64,000 nt of DNA from a virus (taxonomy: Duplodnaviria > Caudoviricetes). The position numbers and the translations under genes were made by a program. Position 1 is the first letter of the stretch; each line of letters begins with the position of its first letter. Below the pieces are notes generated by a model, which made no database searches, was not told the origin of the DNA, and saw only the letters and a list, made by a program, of their open reading frames with translations. Positions 63,870 through 64,000 of this stretch are shown here, piece by piece. The stretch spans positions 1,531-65,530 of the IMG/VR virus record IMGVR_UViG_3300050029_000197. The stretch is one strand, 5' to 3'.

Positions 63870-64000
63870 CCCTTTCGTCCGCCGATCCATTCGCGGTCGG
63901 GACGTGCCCGCCGAGGTAGTGCGCGTGCAACCACGACGCCGACCAGCCCGTCGCGCGCGCCATCGCCCGCGTCGACACCCGCGCCAGCGACGCCGATCGA

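Noticed and set aside
1-64000. Numerous long plus-strand and alternate-frame ORFs in the track (e.g. 5986..7668, 33276..34775, 47303..48739)
   Set aside because: Arg/Pro/Ala-rich shadow frames of a high-GC genome that overlap well-supported minus-strand genes and lack motifs

Overview
The window is a large contiguous piece of a GC-rich, long-tailed (siphovirus-type) dsDNA phage or prophage. The WhiB and Rpf-like genes point to an Actinomycetota host. Almost all genes are on the minus strand. It holds a near-complete morphogenesis set (portal, MuF, protease, scaffold, major capsid, head-tail genes, tail tube, frameshifting chaperones, tape measure, Dit, tail tip and fibres), a lysis cassette, a replication initiator with internal iterons, and two tRNAs. 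No integrase or small terminase was recognised. Main unusual features: (1) a tRNA-Pro(UGG) gene directly abutting a non-canonical adenine-methyltransferase/GNAT(Mom)-like fusion, flanked by three ParB-family genes and a DUF488-like gene and preceded by the motif that also precedes virion genes, which makes it a candidate tRNA-dependent DNA hypermodification system; (2) a large terminase split into separate ATPase and nuclease genes about 7 kb apart; (3) three distinct repeated promoter/operator motif classes, two copies of one class driving ORF-less structured RNA candidates; (4) a prohead protease fused to a 2H-phosphoesterase and beginning with a copy of the major capsid N-terminal arm; (5) a beta-clamp-like protein with an inserted FtsK-gamma domain. 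All family calls are by-eye motif recognition; no database searches were run.
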